Part shown: piece by piece, positions 53,833 through 64,000 of the stretch
Layout: the number at the start of each line of letters is the position of its first letter
How positions within the stretch are numbered: the first letter of the stretch is position 1
Assembly (NCBI GenBank): GCA_050273025.1
Contig: CP158635.1
Span: 33,170,001 to 33,234,000, forward strand
DNA: 64,000 nucleotides
Reading direction: 5' to 3'
DNA from: Cenococcum geophilum
Taxonomy: Eukaryota
Position numbers and translations under genes: made by a program
The notes under the pieces: model-generated
Database searches by the model: none
Seen by the model: the letters and a program-made list of their open reading frames with translations, nothing else
What the model was told of the DNA's origin: nothing

Positions 53833-56031
53833 TTACTTCTGGAATTCCGCCTCGCCGACAGGCTTCCGATGAACCGGCGCCGGGCTCACCAGGCTTATAG
53901 GACTGACATTGTACGGCTGCTGGGGCGGCGGTGATCCAGAAGCAGCATACCGCTGCGGCGCTACCATTCCACCTGCAACAAGCTCGGGGACAGCATATTG
54001 CTGCGATGGACTCATTGCACTCCCAACGACAGTCGCGTTTCCCGCTTGCGGAAACTGGGATTGCATTGGCACAGGCGGACGCTCTTGCTCATCGCTCTTC
54101 TTGCGGCGTCCGAACAATCGGACGCGAGGCAGATGATGAGGGCTATGAGGGCTATGAGACGGGTTCTGGCTGGGGTTCTGGCCTGGCTGAGATGGATCGG
54201 TGCCGTTTTGGTTTGGAGGTGGGTCACATTGATTTGGATGGGACGGATCAGCTTGATTTGGATGTGACGGATCAGCTTGGTTTGGATGTGACGGATCAGC
54301 TTGGTTTGGATGGGACGGATCAGCTTGGTTTGGATGGGACGGATCGGCTTGGTTTGGATGGGACGGATCAGCTTGGTTTGGATGAGAAGGATCATATTGA
54401 TTAGGGTGCGAAGGATCGGCTTGGTTTGGATGTGAGGGATCAATTTGGTTTGGATGGGAAGGATCGGCTTGATTGGGGTGCGATGGATCAGCTTGGTTAG
54501 GGTGTGAAGGATCCGGTTGATTATAGTTTGGCTGTTGCTGTGATGGATCTGTTTGATTCGGGTGGGACGGATCTTGCTGATTCCAGTTTTGGTGATTGGG
54601 ATCTTGCTGATTGAAATTCTGGTGCGAGGGGTCGGACTGGTTGTAATTCTGGGGGGTGTTCCCATCGTTCTGAGGTTGGTTCGGATCACCATCTTTACCA
54701 GGTTTGCCTCCCTTGCCGGGTGGATGCACTGGCGGTGGCATCGCCCAACCAGGGTGCGTATTCATTGGCTGCGAAGTAGGCAGAGCAGAGGATGTTTGCA
54801 CCATTGGCTGCTTAAAGGTGGGATCAATTTGGGGTGGACCCGGTGTATACGCTGGTGGTGAGGTCCCTAGGCCTGGAATGCTTTTCCAGTATTTCCAAAG
54901 GAAAAACGAGCCGGCCCCAATAAGGCCAACAATCAATGGTACTGAAATCCCAATGCCAGCTTTCGCACCAGCCGTGAGCCCACCGCTTGAGCCTGCTTGA
55001 GCCAGAGTGCAGTTCTCGATGGGAATGGATGAGTTGACACCGATGATGAACAAACCATTTACCTGGTTCGACGTGGTGGAGACTTGGAGTTTCATATCGC
55101 CAGATGTAGCAGCGGTGACGACAAGAGTATCGGTGAAGTTTGAAAAAACCGATGTCTTGCCGAGTTGTTTACCATTTGCATCATCAGCTGTTACGTCCAT
55201 GTCGCCAGCAGTTACGCTGGTAATTGTGAACGTGACTCGCTCTTTGGCCTGCGCATTGTACATAAGAGTGCTGCTGCCCGAACCTGACAGAGCTGCAGCA
55301 AGAGATAGCCCGTTGACCAGAGTGGTGGAGTCTTTTGGAGAGGGATTGTCATCATCAGTCAACCCATGGACGATCATAAGATTAACAAAACTGTTCTGTG
55401 CTGTTGCGCCGTCGATCGTTGCATACATCCCACCGGTGCTCAGGATAGCAGTGAGAACAGAAGGATCTTGGAACGATGTATCGTAGGTAAGGAAGCCAAA
55501 AGACACTCGAATTCCTAGGCTGGTGCAATTGTTGATTGACTCAACCAGGGTAACTGTATCTGAATCTTCTCCATCGGTGAAGACGACAATGCCCGAGCGA
55601 TTGGATGTTGTGCCATGGCCAGATTTAGTAAGCTCACTGGTGGCCATGTCAACACCATCAGCGATGAAAGTGCCTCCAAGAGCACCGATTTGGCTGAAAA
55701 CGCCGTCCGCTCCCGACGGATCTCCGAGGGGGTAGAGAAGCGTCGCAGAATCGTCGAAGCTCACGACGGTAACCAAGTCTTCCTTCTTGCTCCCACTCGC
55801 TTCTTTGGAGGTGATAAGCCAGTCATTTACAGCTCGCCCAGCAACTAAACGCAGGTCTTCAGGGTCCGTGGACGCCATTGAGCCGGAGCTGTCAATGACA
55901 ATGCCGATTTTTCGGTCTCCATTATTGGAATTTGCTTGGAGATTCTTGCAGGTCGGTTGGCCACGAGGAACAAGGGGCGATGCAGAGGTGATGGCTGCCA
56001 AAAAGAGGCACGCAACGAGACTGAACTTCAT
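53833..56031 (-). CDS. Type I membrane protein with an extracellular vWA domain and a repeat-rich cytoplasmic tail, 732 aa
   Basis: Signal peptide MKFSLVACLFLAAITSA; MIDAS DSSGS...GGT...FTDGED; TM AGIGISVPLIVGLIGAGSFFLW followed by KYWK; P/Q/N-rich tail. Confidence 0.88.
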   Translation of the reverse strand: MKFSLVACLFLAAITSASPLVPRGQPTCKNLQANSNNGDRKIGIVIDSSGSMASTDPEDLRLVAGRAVNDWLITSKEASGSKKEDLVTVVSFDDSATLLYPLGDPSGADGVFSQIGALGGTFIADGVDMATSELTKSGHGTTSNRSGIVVFTDGEDSDTVTLVESINNCTSLGIRVSFGFLTYDTSFQDPSVLTAILSTGGMYATIDGATAQNSFVNLMIVHGLTDDDNPSPKDSTTLVNGLSLAAALSGSGSSTLMYNAQAKERVTFTITSVTAGDMDVTADDANGKQLGKTSVFSNFTDTLVVTAATSGDMKLQVSTTSNQVNGLFIIGVNSSIPIENCTLAQAGSSGGLTAGAKAGIGISVPLIVGLIGAGSFFLWKYWKSIPGLGTSPPAYTPGPPQIDPTFKQPMVQTSSALPTSQPMNTHPGWAMPPPVHPPGKGGKPGKDGDPNQPQNDGNTPQNYNQSDPSHQNFNQQDPNHQNWNQQDPSHPNQTDPSQQQPNYNQPDPSHPNQADPSHPNQADPSHPNQIDPSHPNQADPSHPNQYDPSHPNQADPSHPNQADPSHPNQADPSHPNQADPSHPNQADPSHPNQADPSHPNQCDPPPNQNGTDPSQPGQNPSQNPSHSPHSPHHLPRVRLFGRRKKSDEQERPPVPMQSQFPQAGNATVVGSAMSPSQQYAVPELVAGGMVAPQRYAASGSPPPQQPYNVSPISLVSPAPVHRKPVGEAEFQK
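54226..54513 (-). repeat. Coding minisatellite, 12 x 24 bp (DPSHPNQx)
   Basis: Read directly from DNA and translation. Confidence 0.95.
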
Positions 56032-57327
56032 AATGGCAAGATGGGCTTGCAAAGTCGCACAGAGCAGGCAACGAAGTGCGGGACAAGGCCATAATAATAA
56101 TAGAAGGCTCGCGAGGCCCCTTCCAGCCAAGGCTTTTCAGCCGTACGGGAGACCCATGTTGTCGAAGAGGATCGAGCGCGCGCGCCATCAAACCATTGCG
56201 ATAGAGACGTCTTAGCATGGCAGTTTAGTTACCTCGTGATAAGGCGCAGGCAAAGCCAATTGGTAGGGGATCAGGGCGATACGGGAGGACTGGAAGGGGC
56301 TCGAACAGGGAAGAGTAAACGATGGCTGAGGTCGAGCTCTTCAAATGAGTCGCGACATTCCCAGAATGAAAAGTTGTGGTGGTCTTGCCAAGCGCACGCC
56401 CCATACCCATCCATGCCCGTCTCGAATCAGCTCGCGAGAAGAGCGCGAACAGCTGCTCAGCCCCATTATTGCCAAGCAGGGGCCATAGGGGTTTCGGCGG
56501 CATCGGCCATTCTCGACCAGCGCTTTTGTGAGTAATAGGGCTGAGACAAGACGGGCAATTCCCTCGAAATACGAATTTTAGGCGATAACAACTGGTCGTA
56601 TTGTGTGAAAGTACTAGGCCGCAATGCTTTTTAGAGCCGACATGATAAGAGAGCTGTCAATCAACCAAGCACCAAGACCGCCAGCTTGACTACTGACCTG
56701 ACCTACCGCTGATGACCACCGCGTTTGATGTGATGCAAGGTGGAGGACCGAACCTCATTAGTGGAGGGCCTGTTAAGCTTACTGCCCTTAGTCCAGAACC
56801 TTAGTCTAGAACCTTATTATCACTTCCCGCCACTCACTTCTGCAGTAGCTGTGTTCGCCGTGGGGTTTTTCCTACCCTCTTTTTTTCCGTGGTATAACTT
56901 GCGTGAACCAGGCGGATTTGGCCCAACGCGGGCTCCCTCAATCGTCGCCACGAAAAATTATCGCCAGAGTGTTGACACTTTCTAAACAGGATATTGAGGG
57001 AGCTTTATACAGTTCTCTCGATTGGACAAACACCTCTTAAAGACCTCTCTGCAGCTGCAAAAGATGTACCTTAACTCTTCCGGTACTCACGCTAAACTAC
57101 CACTATAATGTATGTCACTCCGATCCTCTAGTACGAACGCTAACTGTGCCTTGTACAACGTAGCATATATATAACTATTTCATCATACACCTTGGAGTCC
57201 TTTAGTATCTCTACAGGTCGAGTAGAGATTTGAAAATGAAATATATTACGCTTGAAGATTCTACACCTTGTAGATCACCAGATTGCCACCCTAGTAGGAC
57301 TTGGAATTCTGTAGCTCTCGGTCATTC

Positions 57328-57563
57328 TGTTGGTTACACAAGGGGATATCACGTAGCTACGGTTCGTAGATAGTATGATGATTGTTGTTTTCTTTCTTGA
57401 AGAAAGGGGTGAGGAACTTAAGGTTCCTCACCACGCTAGTGCCGCGGCGGCACGTGATGGCAACTTGCCACACGTGACGGCAATATGCCTCATATGGTAA
57501 CCATTTGCCTTTATTCCCAACACTGGCAACTCTTCTTTTATGGTTGCCATCTATATATATATA
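57328..57563 (-). mobile_element. Copia C-related 3' LTR (57328-57522) plus ~40 bp of 3' UTR; rest deleted
   Basis: Reverse complement reads aaaagaagagttgccag|TGTTGGGAATAA...gccgcggcactagcgtggtgaggaac...CCAACA, as at 11530-11718. Confidence 0.85.
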
Positions 57564-60125
57564 CCGCTTAACTAGCGGAACAAAAATTAATCCTCCTTAC
57601 TTACTATTGCCATTATAATATAAGTCTTGCTGTTCTAAAATTTACCTCTTAGCATGTGGTGCTTTCTTGCTTATAAGTTATAGGTAGGTATTAGAGGTCT
57701 AGGTTAGGCTTAGCATAACCTCGGGTTACGCACAACCCCCTAAGGTCCGCGACATATCGTCTAAATATCACCCCCCCCTTTTGGTAGTGGCCCCTACTTT
57801 TTAGACGCGTTTTTAAGGCCTAAGTTAGTACTAGGTTAGTATAGAGGACCTTGTCGCGCGCCTTCGACCTTATCATCGCCTCAATAATCCATTTTTTAAC
57901 CCTCTTCCTATTCTTATACCTGCGCTAGCTCCTAGCTCGCGCGGGGCTTCTAGTTTTATATAGAACGGCCTACTATAATTCTAATTCTATAATATAGAGC
58001 TCTCTTCTTCTCCTTCTCTATTAATATTTACACGTTTAGTAGCTTTATTTACCTATACCTACGCTACGCTTACGCGTCTTCCCCCTAACCTCTTACAGAG
58101 ATAGAGTCTTTTAAGAATCTTCTTACCCTATAGTCTACTTTGTAGTTAAAGGAAGCCCCCCTAGCCTCCTCCTCCCCCTCTTTCTATAGCCTCTAGAACG
58201 AATTCAAGGCCTAGATAGTATGGCTATACGATATTTATAAGGCCTAGCGCTTAAAGAATACTATAAGGGCGTATAAGCCAAAGTAGAAAGAGTAGAAAGA
58301 CTAGTACGCAAGACTAAAAGGTAATATAGACAGCGCCCAGGTAACAGAAGATAAGCTTTACCTATTTTTAGAGTAGTAAGTTATTAACTAAAAATTATGG
58401 GCTGCTAGTTATTAAAAATGGAAGTTAAAACGGAAAGAGATATAGAAAGATAGCGAGTAGGCGAAGAAGAGGTAGAAGACGGTTAAGCGGGTAGGGCAGC
58501 TAGAGGGAAAGTTAGCCGTAGGGGCAGCCGTAGGGGTAGCTATAGGGGCAGCTATAGGCACAGGGGAGGAAGCTATAAAGGAGGAAGGGGAGATATAGGA
58601 TAAGGAGGCCCTAGACGCCCTATTTAACGAGATAGTCTAATACTTAGTTATAAATAGCTACGTCTTCGCTATTACCGAGCTTTACGTATAGTAGTTAAAA
58701 GGTAAAACCTTATAGCCGCTATAGGGGGCAAAGCTCTTAGCAGTACTAAATAGCGTCTGCTATAATAAGGACTAAATTTAACGCGTTAACTTTATTAATT
58801 AAGGCCTATTTATAATTACTAGCGGCTATAACATTAAAGGGCTTAAAAAGGCAATTACTTAATGCTAGAAGACGGGCTCTAAGATACTAGGTTTAGTTAA
58901 GTCTTACCTTTAAACTATAGCTAAACATTTATTAGGTTTGTATATACCCTACCCAGTCTATATAGCTGCCGTTTTCTAACCCGTTCCTTAGGCTATACTA
59001 CTATTACCCGTAGTAAAAGTAGATAAGACGTTTAGCTTACTAACCTTATTCTTATTAAACTAGAGAATAAAAGGCCTAAACTGAATAAGTTAGCGCTGTA
59101 TATAATTATATTAATAATATAAGGGAAGCAGAATTAGTATAGCAAGGTTAAGTATATAGACTATATACGGAACGCTAACCCTATCCTCTACCCCCTCTCT
59201 ATAGTAGCCTTCTACTTCTTTAACCGCTAGGGTAAAGATAGCGCTAAGAGCTTCCTATCCTTTTAGTAGCTAAAGGACTACTATAACCTATATATCTTCC
59301 CTAGCAATATTAAAGTACCATAACGGCCGCTAAGCTATTATATATAGTGTAAATAGAATAAAAAGATGTTTTAGGGGGTAGAAATTTACTTAAAGGAGAA
59401 GACCTATAGCGCCTATAAGTAGAGCGTCCGGTATACTAAGCTTAGCGGCGTTAAGGAGACCTAAATTAAATAGGCCGAACGCTAAAATATGGATGCAATA
59501 ATAGGAGCCTACCTTAGCTACCTACCCTATACGTTTATATGGTTGATTACCGGCTTCCTAAAGGAAGAAAAGGGCTACTTTCTCCCCTACGCACGGAAGG
59601 TGCTAGAGGAGGCCCTCTATTTAAAGATATGGCCTAAGACTAATATCTAGCTAAAACGCATAGAGGCCTACTACCTAGGTAGGGCCAATAATAAGGTTAT
59701 ACGGCTTAACCTTACGGGCTTAGGATTTCTACGCCTCCTCTACGCGCTTAGGGTAATCCTATTATAGGACTTAGTAATCCTACGCAAGTAGTTCCCGCTC
59801 TACCCCCTATAGAAAAACCCCCTTTTTAGCTGTAAGGAGTACCGGAGGTTTACTACGCGGGTAAAAAGCTCGCTAGCTAATATAGTTACGCTAAATAAGC
59901 TAATAATGCGGAAATACTAGCCTACCTATAAGGCTGTAGCTAAACTAAGATATAAGGCCGCAATCTCCAAGATAAAGGGGGTTTAATTACGCGTGTAGAC
60001 GATTTTAGAACGCCTTAGCGAAATAGAAAGGTTATTAGTATTATTCGCACCTATATAAATTTAGTAAGGGAAGACAGGTATCTAAATAGGGCCTATAGAG
60101 TCCGTACGTCCACCTTTAGGCAAGC

Positions 60126-60345
60126 CCGCGCCGTCTACTATAGCGTTTACTATATTTACGCCGCCTACTTTACCGTTTATAATATCTATACTACCTACTT
60201 AGCCGCCGTCTATAATATCCGCACCGTCCGCTTAGCCGTCTACAATATCCGCACTATTTACTTAGCTGTCTATAATATCTGCACTATCCGCTTAGCTGTC
60301 TATAATATCCACACCACCTATTTAGCTATCTACTATATCCGTATC
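60126..60345 (+). repeat. Coding 30/33-bp tandem repeat (Pro/Ser-rich linker) in the Crypton ORF; also at ~63729-63948
   Basis: About 7 units of ccgtctataatatccgcactatccgcttag-like sequence. Confidence 0.85.
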
Positions 60346-60715
60346 GCCCCTATTAGCGCAGGTATAAGCTAATACTTAACTATCTCTCCTATTTATCCTT
60401 AACCTATAGGCGCCGCTAAGGAAATATAAAATACTTTAAGGCGGTAATTTGGTCTTCTAGCTTTAGACTAAGTAGACTTTAGGGCTAGTAGGTAGGCCGT
60501 TAATTAAAGCTCTTAATCGCTACTAGGGGGCATACTAGTAGGTTAACGGCGAGGCTATATTCTATAGCCGTTACTATAGGATAATTAAGGATATAAGATA
60601 GCGCGTAGAAGACGGTATGGTAAGAGATAAAAGATAGGCTATTAACCAGCTAGAACAGCTACAAGGTTAACGTTCTTTAAATTAGCTTTATAAGAATATC
60701 TAAATAGTTATTTTA

Positions 60716-61063
60716 CTATAGTAACTAAGACGCCTTAATATATAACTGCACTATAGTAACTAAGACGCCTCTATATACAATTGCACTGTAGTAACTAAGA
60801 CGCCTTAATATATAACTGTACTATAGTAACTAAGACGTCTTAATATAGGACTGTATTAGTAACCGAGACGTTTTAATATAGGACTACACTATAGTGACCG
60901 AGACGCCTTAATATACGACTGCACTATAGTGACTGAAACGTCTTAATATAGGACTGCACTACATTAACCGAGACGCCTTAATATAGGACTATACTATAGT
61001 GACCGAGATGTCTTAATATAGGACTATATTATAGCAACTAAGACGCCTTAATATAGGAATAGA
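60716..61063 (+). repeat. Non-coding minisatellite, 10 x 35 bp
   Basis: Units like ctatagtgaccgagacgccttaatataggactgca; unit 5 is 33 bp; no spacers. Confidence 0.93.
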
Positions 61064-61287
61064 GCCCGTTTAGGTGTTATAAATTTAGAGTAATATTACG
61101 CGACCGTCTAGAAGTACCGATTTAATATAAATTATATACCTTTTCGCCTAAAATCGCGTGCGAAAGTACTTGGGGGCGGTCGCTGCGCGACCTTATATAG
61201 GGTTTAGGCGCGTTATTAGTAGGAGTGGCCCTAACCTCGTATTAACCTGGGTTATAACCGCGCCAAATTAGCCCCCCTGATATGTGA

Positions 61288-64000
61288 TAGGTATTAAAGG
61301 TCTAGGTTAGGCTTAGTATAACCTTAGGTTACGCATAACCCCCTAAGGTCCGCGACATATCGTCTAAATATTACTCCCCCCTTTTAGTAGTGGCCCCTAC
61401 TTTTTAGACGCGTTTTTAAGGCCTAGGTTAGTACTAGGTTAGTATAAAGGACCTTATTACGCGCCTTTAACCTTATTATCGCCTTAATAATCTATTTTTT
61501 AACCCTCTTTCTATTCTTATACCCGCGCTAGCTCCTAGCTCGCGCGGGGCTTTTAGTTTTATATAGAACGGCCTACTATAATTCTAATTCTATAATATAG
61601 AGCTCTCTTCTTCTCCTTCTCTATTAATATTTACGCGTTTAGTAGCTTTATTTACCTATACCTACGCCACGCTTACGCGTCTTCCCCCTAACCTCTTACG
61701 GAGATAGAGTCTTTTAAGAATCTTCTTACCCTATAGTCTACTTTATAGTTAAAGGAAGACCCCCTAGCCTCCTTCTCCTCCTCTTTCTATAGCCTCTAGA
61801 ATGAATTTAAGGCCTAGACGGCACGGCTATACAATATTTATAAGGCCTAGCGCTTAAAGAATACTATAAGGGCGTATAAGCTAAAGTAGAAAGAGTAGGA
61901 AGACTAATACGTAAGACTAGAAGGTAATATAGATAGCGCCCAGGTAACAGAAGATAAGCTTTACCTATTTTTAGAGTAGTAAGTTATTAACTAAAAATTA
62001 TGGGCTGCTAGTTATTAAAAATGGAAGTTAAAACGGAAAGAGATATAAAAAGATAGCGAGCAGGCAAAGAAGAGGTAGAAGACGGTTAAGCGGGTAGGGC
62101 AGCTAAAGGGAAAGTTAGCCGTAGGGGCAGCCGTAGGGGCAGCTATAGGGGCAGCCGTAGGTATAGGGGAGGAAGCTATAAAGGAGGAAGGGGAGATATA
62201 GAACGAGGAGGCCCTAAACGCCCTATTTAACGAGATAGTCTAATACTTAGTTATAAATAGCTACGTCTTCACTATTACCGAGCTTTATATATAGCAGTTA
62301 AAAGGTAAAACCTCATAGCCGCTACGGGGGGTAAAGCTCTTAGTAGTACTAGACAGCGTCTGCCGCAATAAGGACTAAATTTAACGCGTTAACTTTATTA
62401 ATTAAGGCCTATTTATAATTACTAGCGGCTATAACATTAAAGGGCTTAAAAAGGTAATTACTTAGTGCTAAAAGACGGGCTCTAAGATACCAGGTTTAGT
62501 TAAGTCTTACCTTTAAACTATAGCTAAGCATTTATTAGGTTTGTATATACCCTACCTAGTCTATATAGCTACCATTTTTTAACCCGTTCCTTAGGCCATA
62601 CTACCGTTACCCGTAGTAAAAGTAGATAAGATATTTAGCTTACTAACCTTATTCTTATTAAACTAGAGAATAAAGGGCCTAAACTAGATAAGTTAGCGCC
62701 GTATATAATTATATTAATAATATAAGGGAAGCAGAATTAGTATAATAAGGTTAAGTATATAGGCTGTATACAAAACGCTAACCCTATCCTCTACCCCCTC
62801 TCTATAGTAGCCTTCTACTTCTTTAACCACTAGGGTAAAGATAGCGCTAAGAGCTTCCCATCCTTTTAGTAGCTAAAGGACTACTATAACCTATATATCT
62901 TCCCTAGCAGTATTAAAGTACCGTAACGGCCGCTAAGCTATTATACACAGTTTAAATAGAATAAAAAGATATTCTAGGGGGTAGGAATTTACTTAAAGGA
63001 GAAGACCCATAGCGCCTGTAAGTAGAGCGTCTGGTATACTAAGCTTAGCGGCGTTAAAAAGACCTAAATTAGATAGGCCGAATGCTAGAATATAGACGCA
63101 ATAATAAGAGCCTACCTTAGCTACCTACCCTATGCGTTTATATAGTCGATTACTAGCTTCCTAAAGAAAGAAAAGGGCTACTTTCTCCCCTATACACGGA
63201 AGGTGCTAAAGGAGGCCCTCTATTTAAAGATATGGCCTAAGACTAACGTCTAGCTAAAACGCATAGAGGCCTACTACCTAGGTAGGGCCGATAATAAGGT
63301 TATATAGCTTAACCTTATAGGCTTAGGATTTCTACGCCTCCTCTATACGCTTAGGGTAATCCTATTATAGGACTTAGTAATCCTACGTAAGTAGTTCCCG
63401 CTCTACCCCCTATAAAAGAACCCCTTTTTTAGCTGCGAGGAGTACCAAAGGTTCGCCGCGTGGGTAGAAAGCTCGCTAGCTAATATAGTTACGCTAGATA
63501 AGCTAATAATGCGGAAATACTAGCCTACCTATAAGGCCGTAGCTAAACTAAGATATAAGGCCGCAATCTCCGAGATAAAGGGGGTTTAATTACGCGTGTA
63601 GACGATTTTAGAACGCCTTAGCAAAATAGAAAGGTTATTAGTATTATTCGCACCTATATAGATCTAATAAGGGAAGACGGGTATCTAAATAGGGCCTATA
63701 GAGTCCGTATATCTACCTTTAGGCAAGCCCACGCCGTCTACTATAGCGTTTACTATATTCGCGCCGCCTACTCTACTATCTATAATATCCGTACTACCTA
63801 TTTAGCCGCCGTCTATAATATCCGCACCGTTTACTTAGCCGTCTATAATATCCGCACTATCCGCTTAACCGTCTATAATATCCGCACTATCCGCTTAGCT
63901 ATCTATAATATCCGCACCACCTACTTAGCCGTCTACTATATCTACATTACCCCTACTAGCGTAGGTATAAGCTAATACTTAACTATCTCTTCTATTTATC
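61288..64000 (+). mobile_element. Crypton-like element, unit 2, head-to-tail with unit 1; runs off the window
   Basis: Collinear with 57685-60397 at a 3603-bp offset (checked at both ends); differences are mostly C/T and G/A. Confidence 0.85.

Larger units (their letters stand above)
57685..61287 (+). mobile_element. Crypton(F)-like tyrosine-recombinase transposon, unit 1 (3603 bp), RIP'd
   Basis: De-RIP ORF ~57960-60720 with Ndc10-II/YR-like motifs (GKQNQHGK...CIRNA.PILCPL...FYFF.RW; THSAR; W...M.GAYL), a C-terminal GCR1_C-like domain and an intron ~58936-58991; no LTRs or long TIRs. Confidence 0.75.

Noticed and set aside
51292..56215. Many plus-strand and alternate-frame ORFs, including 54012-54692
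   Set aside because: Shadows of the GC-rich MIC60 and vWA genes and of the 24-bp repeat.
56225..56985. ORFs upstream of the vWA gene (and at 48944-49174)
   Set aside because: No recognisable domain or gene structure; probably promoter or intergenic DNA.
60716..61063. CRISPR array
   Set aside because: Units are contiguous with no unique spacers; eukaryotic context and no cas genes.
57685..64000. Starship captain or giant cargo element
   Set aside because: Motifs fit Ndc10-II/GCR1_C Crypton proteins; the unit is only 3.6 kb with no cargo.

Overview
Fungal genomic DNA (filamentous ascomycete; Dothideomycete-like is an inference) in three blocks. (1) 1-~45200 is an AT/TpA-rich block destroyed by repeat-induced point mutation (RIP). 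It resolves into nested transposons, most with intact target-site duplications (TSDs). Gypsy A holds Gypsy B, which holds Copia C. A second copy, A', holds Copia D, a 101-bp solo LTR and Gypsy E; E holds a Pogo/Fot1-type DNA transposon F, which holds a full-length LINE G. A truncated Copia H ends the block. (2) ~45200-57300 is a GC-balanced gene island: a multi-exon pseudogene, a small secreted protein gene, MIC60 and a single-pass vWA membrane protein with a cytoplasmic octapeptide array. (3) ~57330-64000 holds a Copia LTR remnant and two head-to-tail 3603-bp RIP'd Crypton-like tyrosine-recombinase units; unit 1 carries a 35-bp palindromic array, and the equivalent part of unit 2 lies outside the window. 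Most notable are an antisense, spliced Zn(II)2Cys6 plus coiled-coil accessory ORF in Gypsy B, the tandem Crypton junction and array, and non-coding modules shared between Gypsy and Copia families. All de-RIP protein reconstructions were done by eye and are inference.
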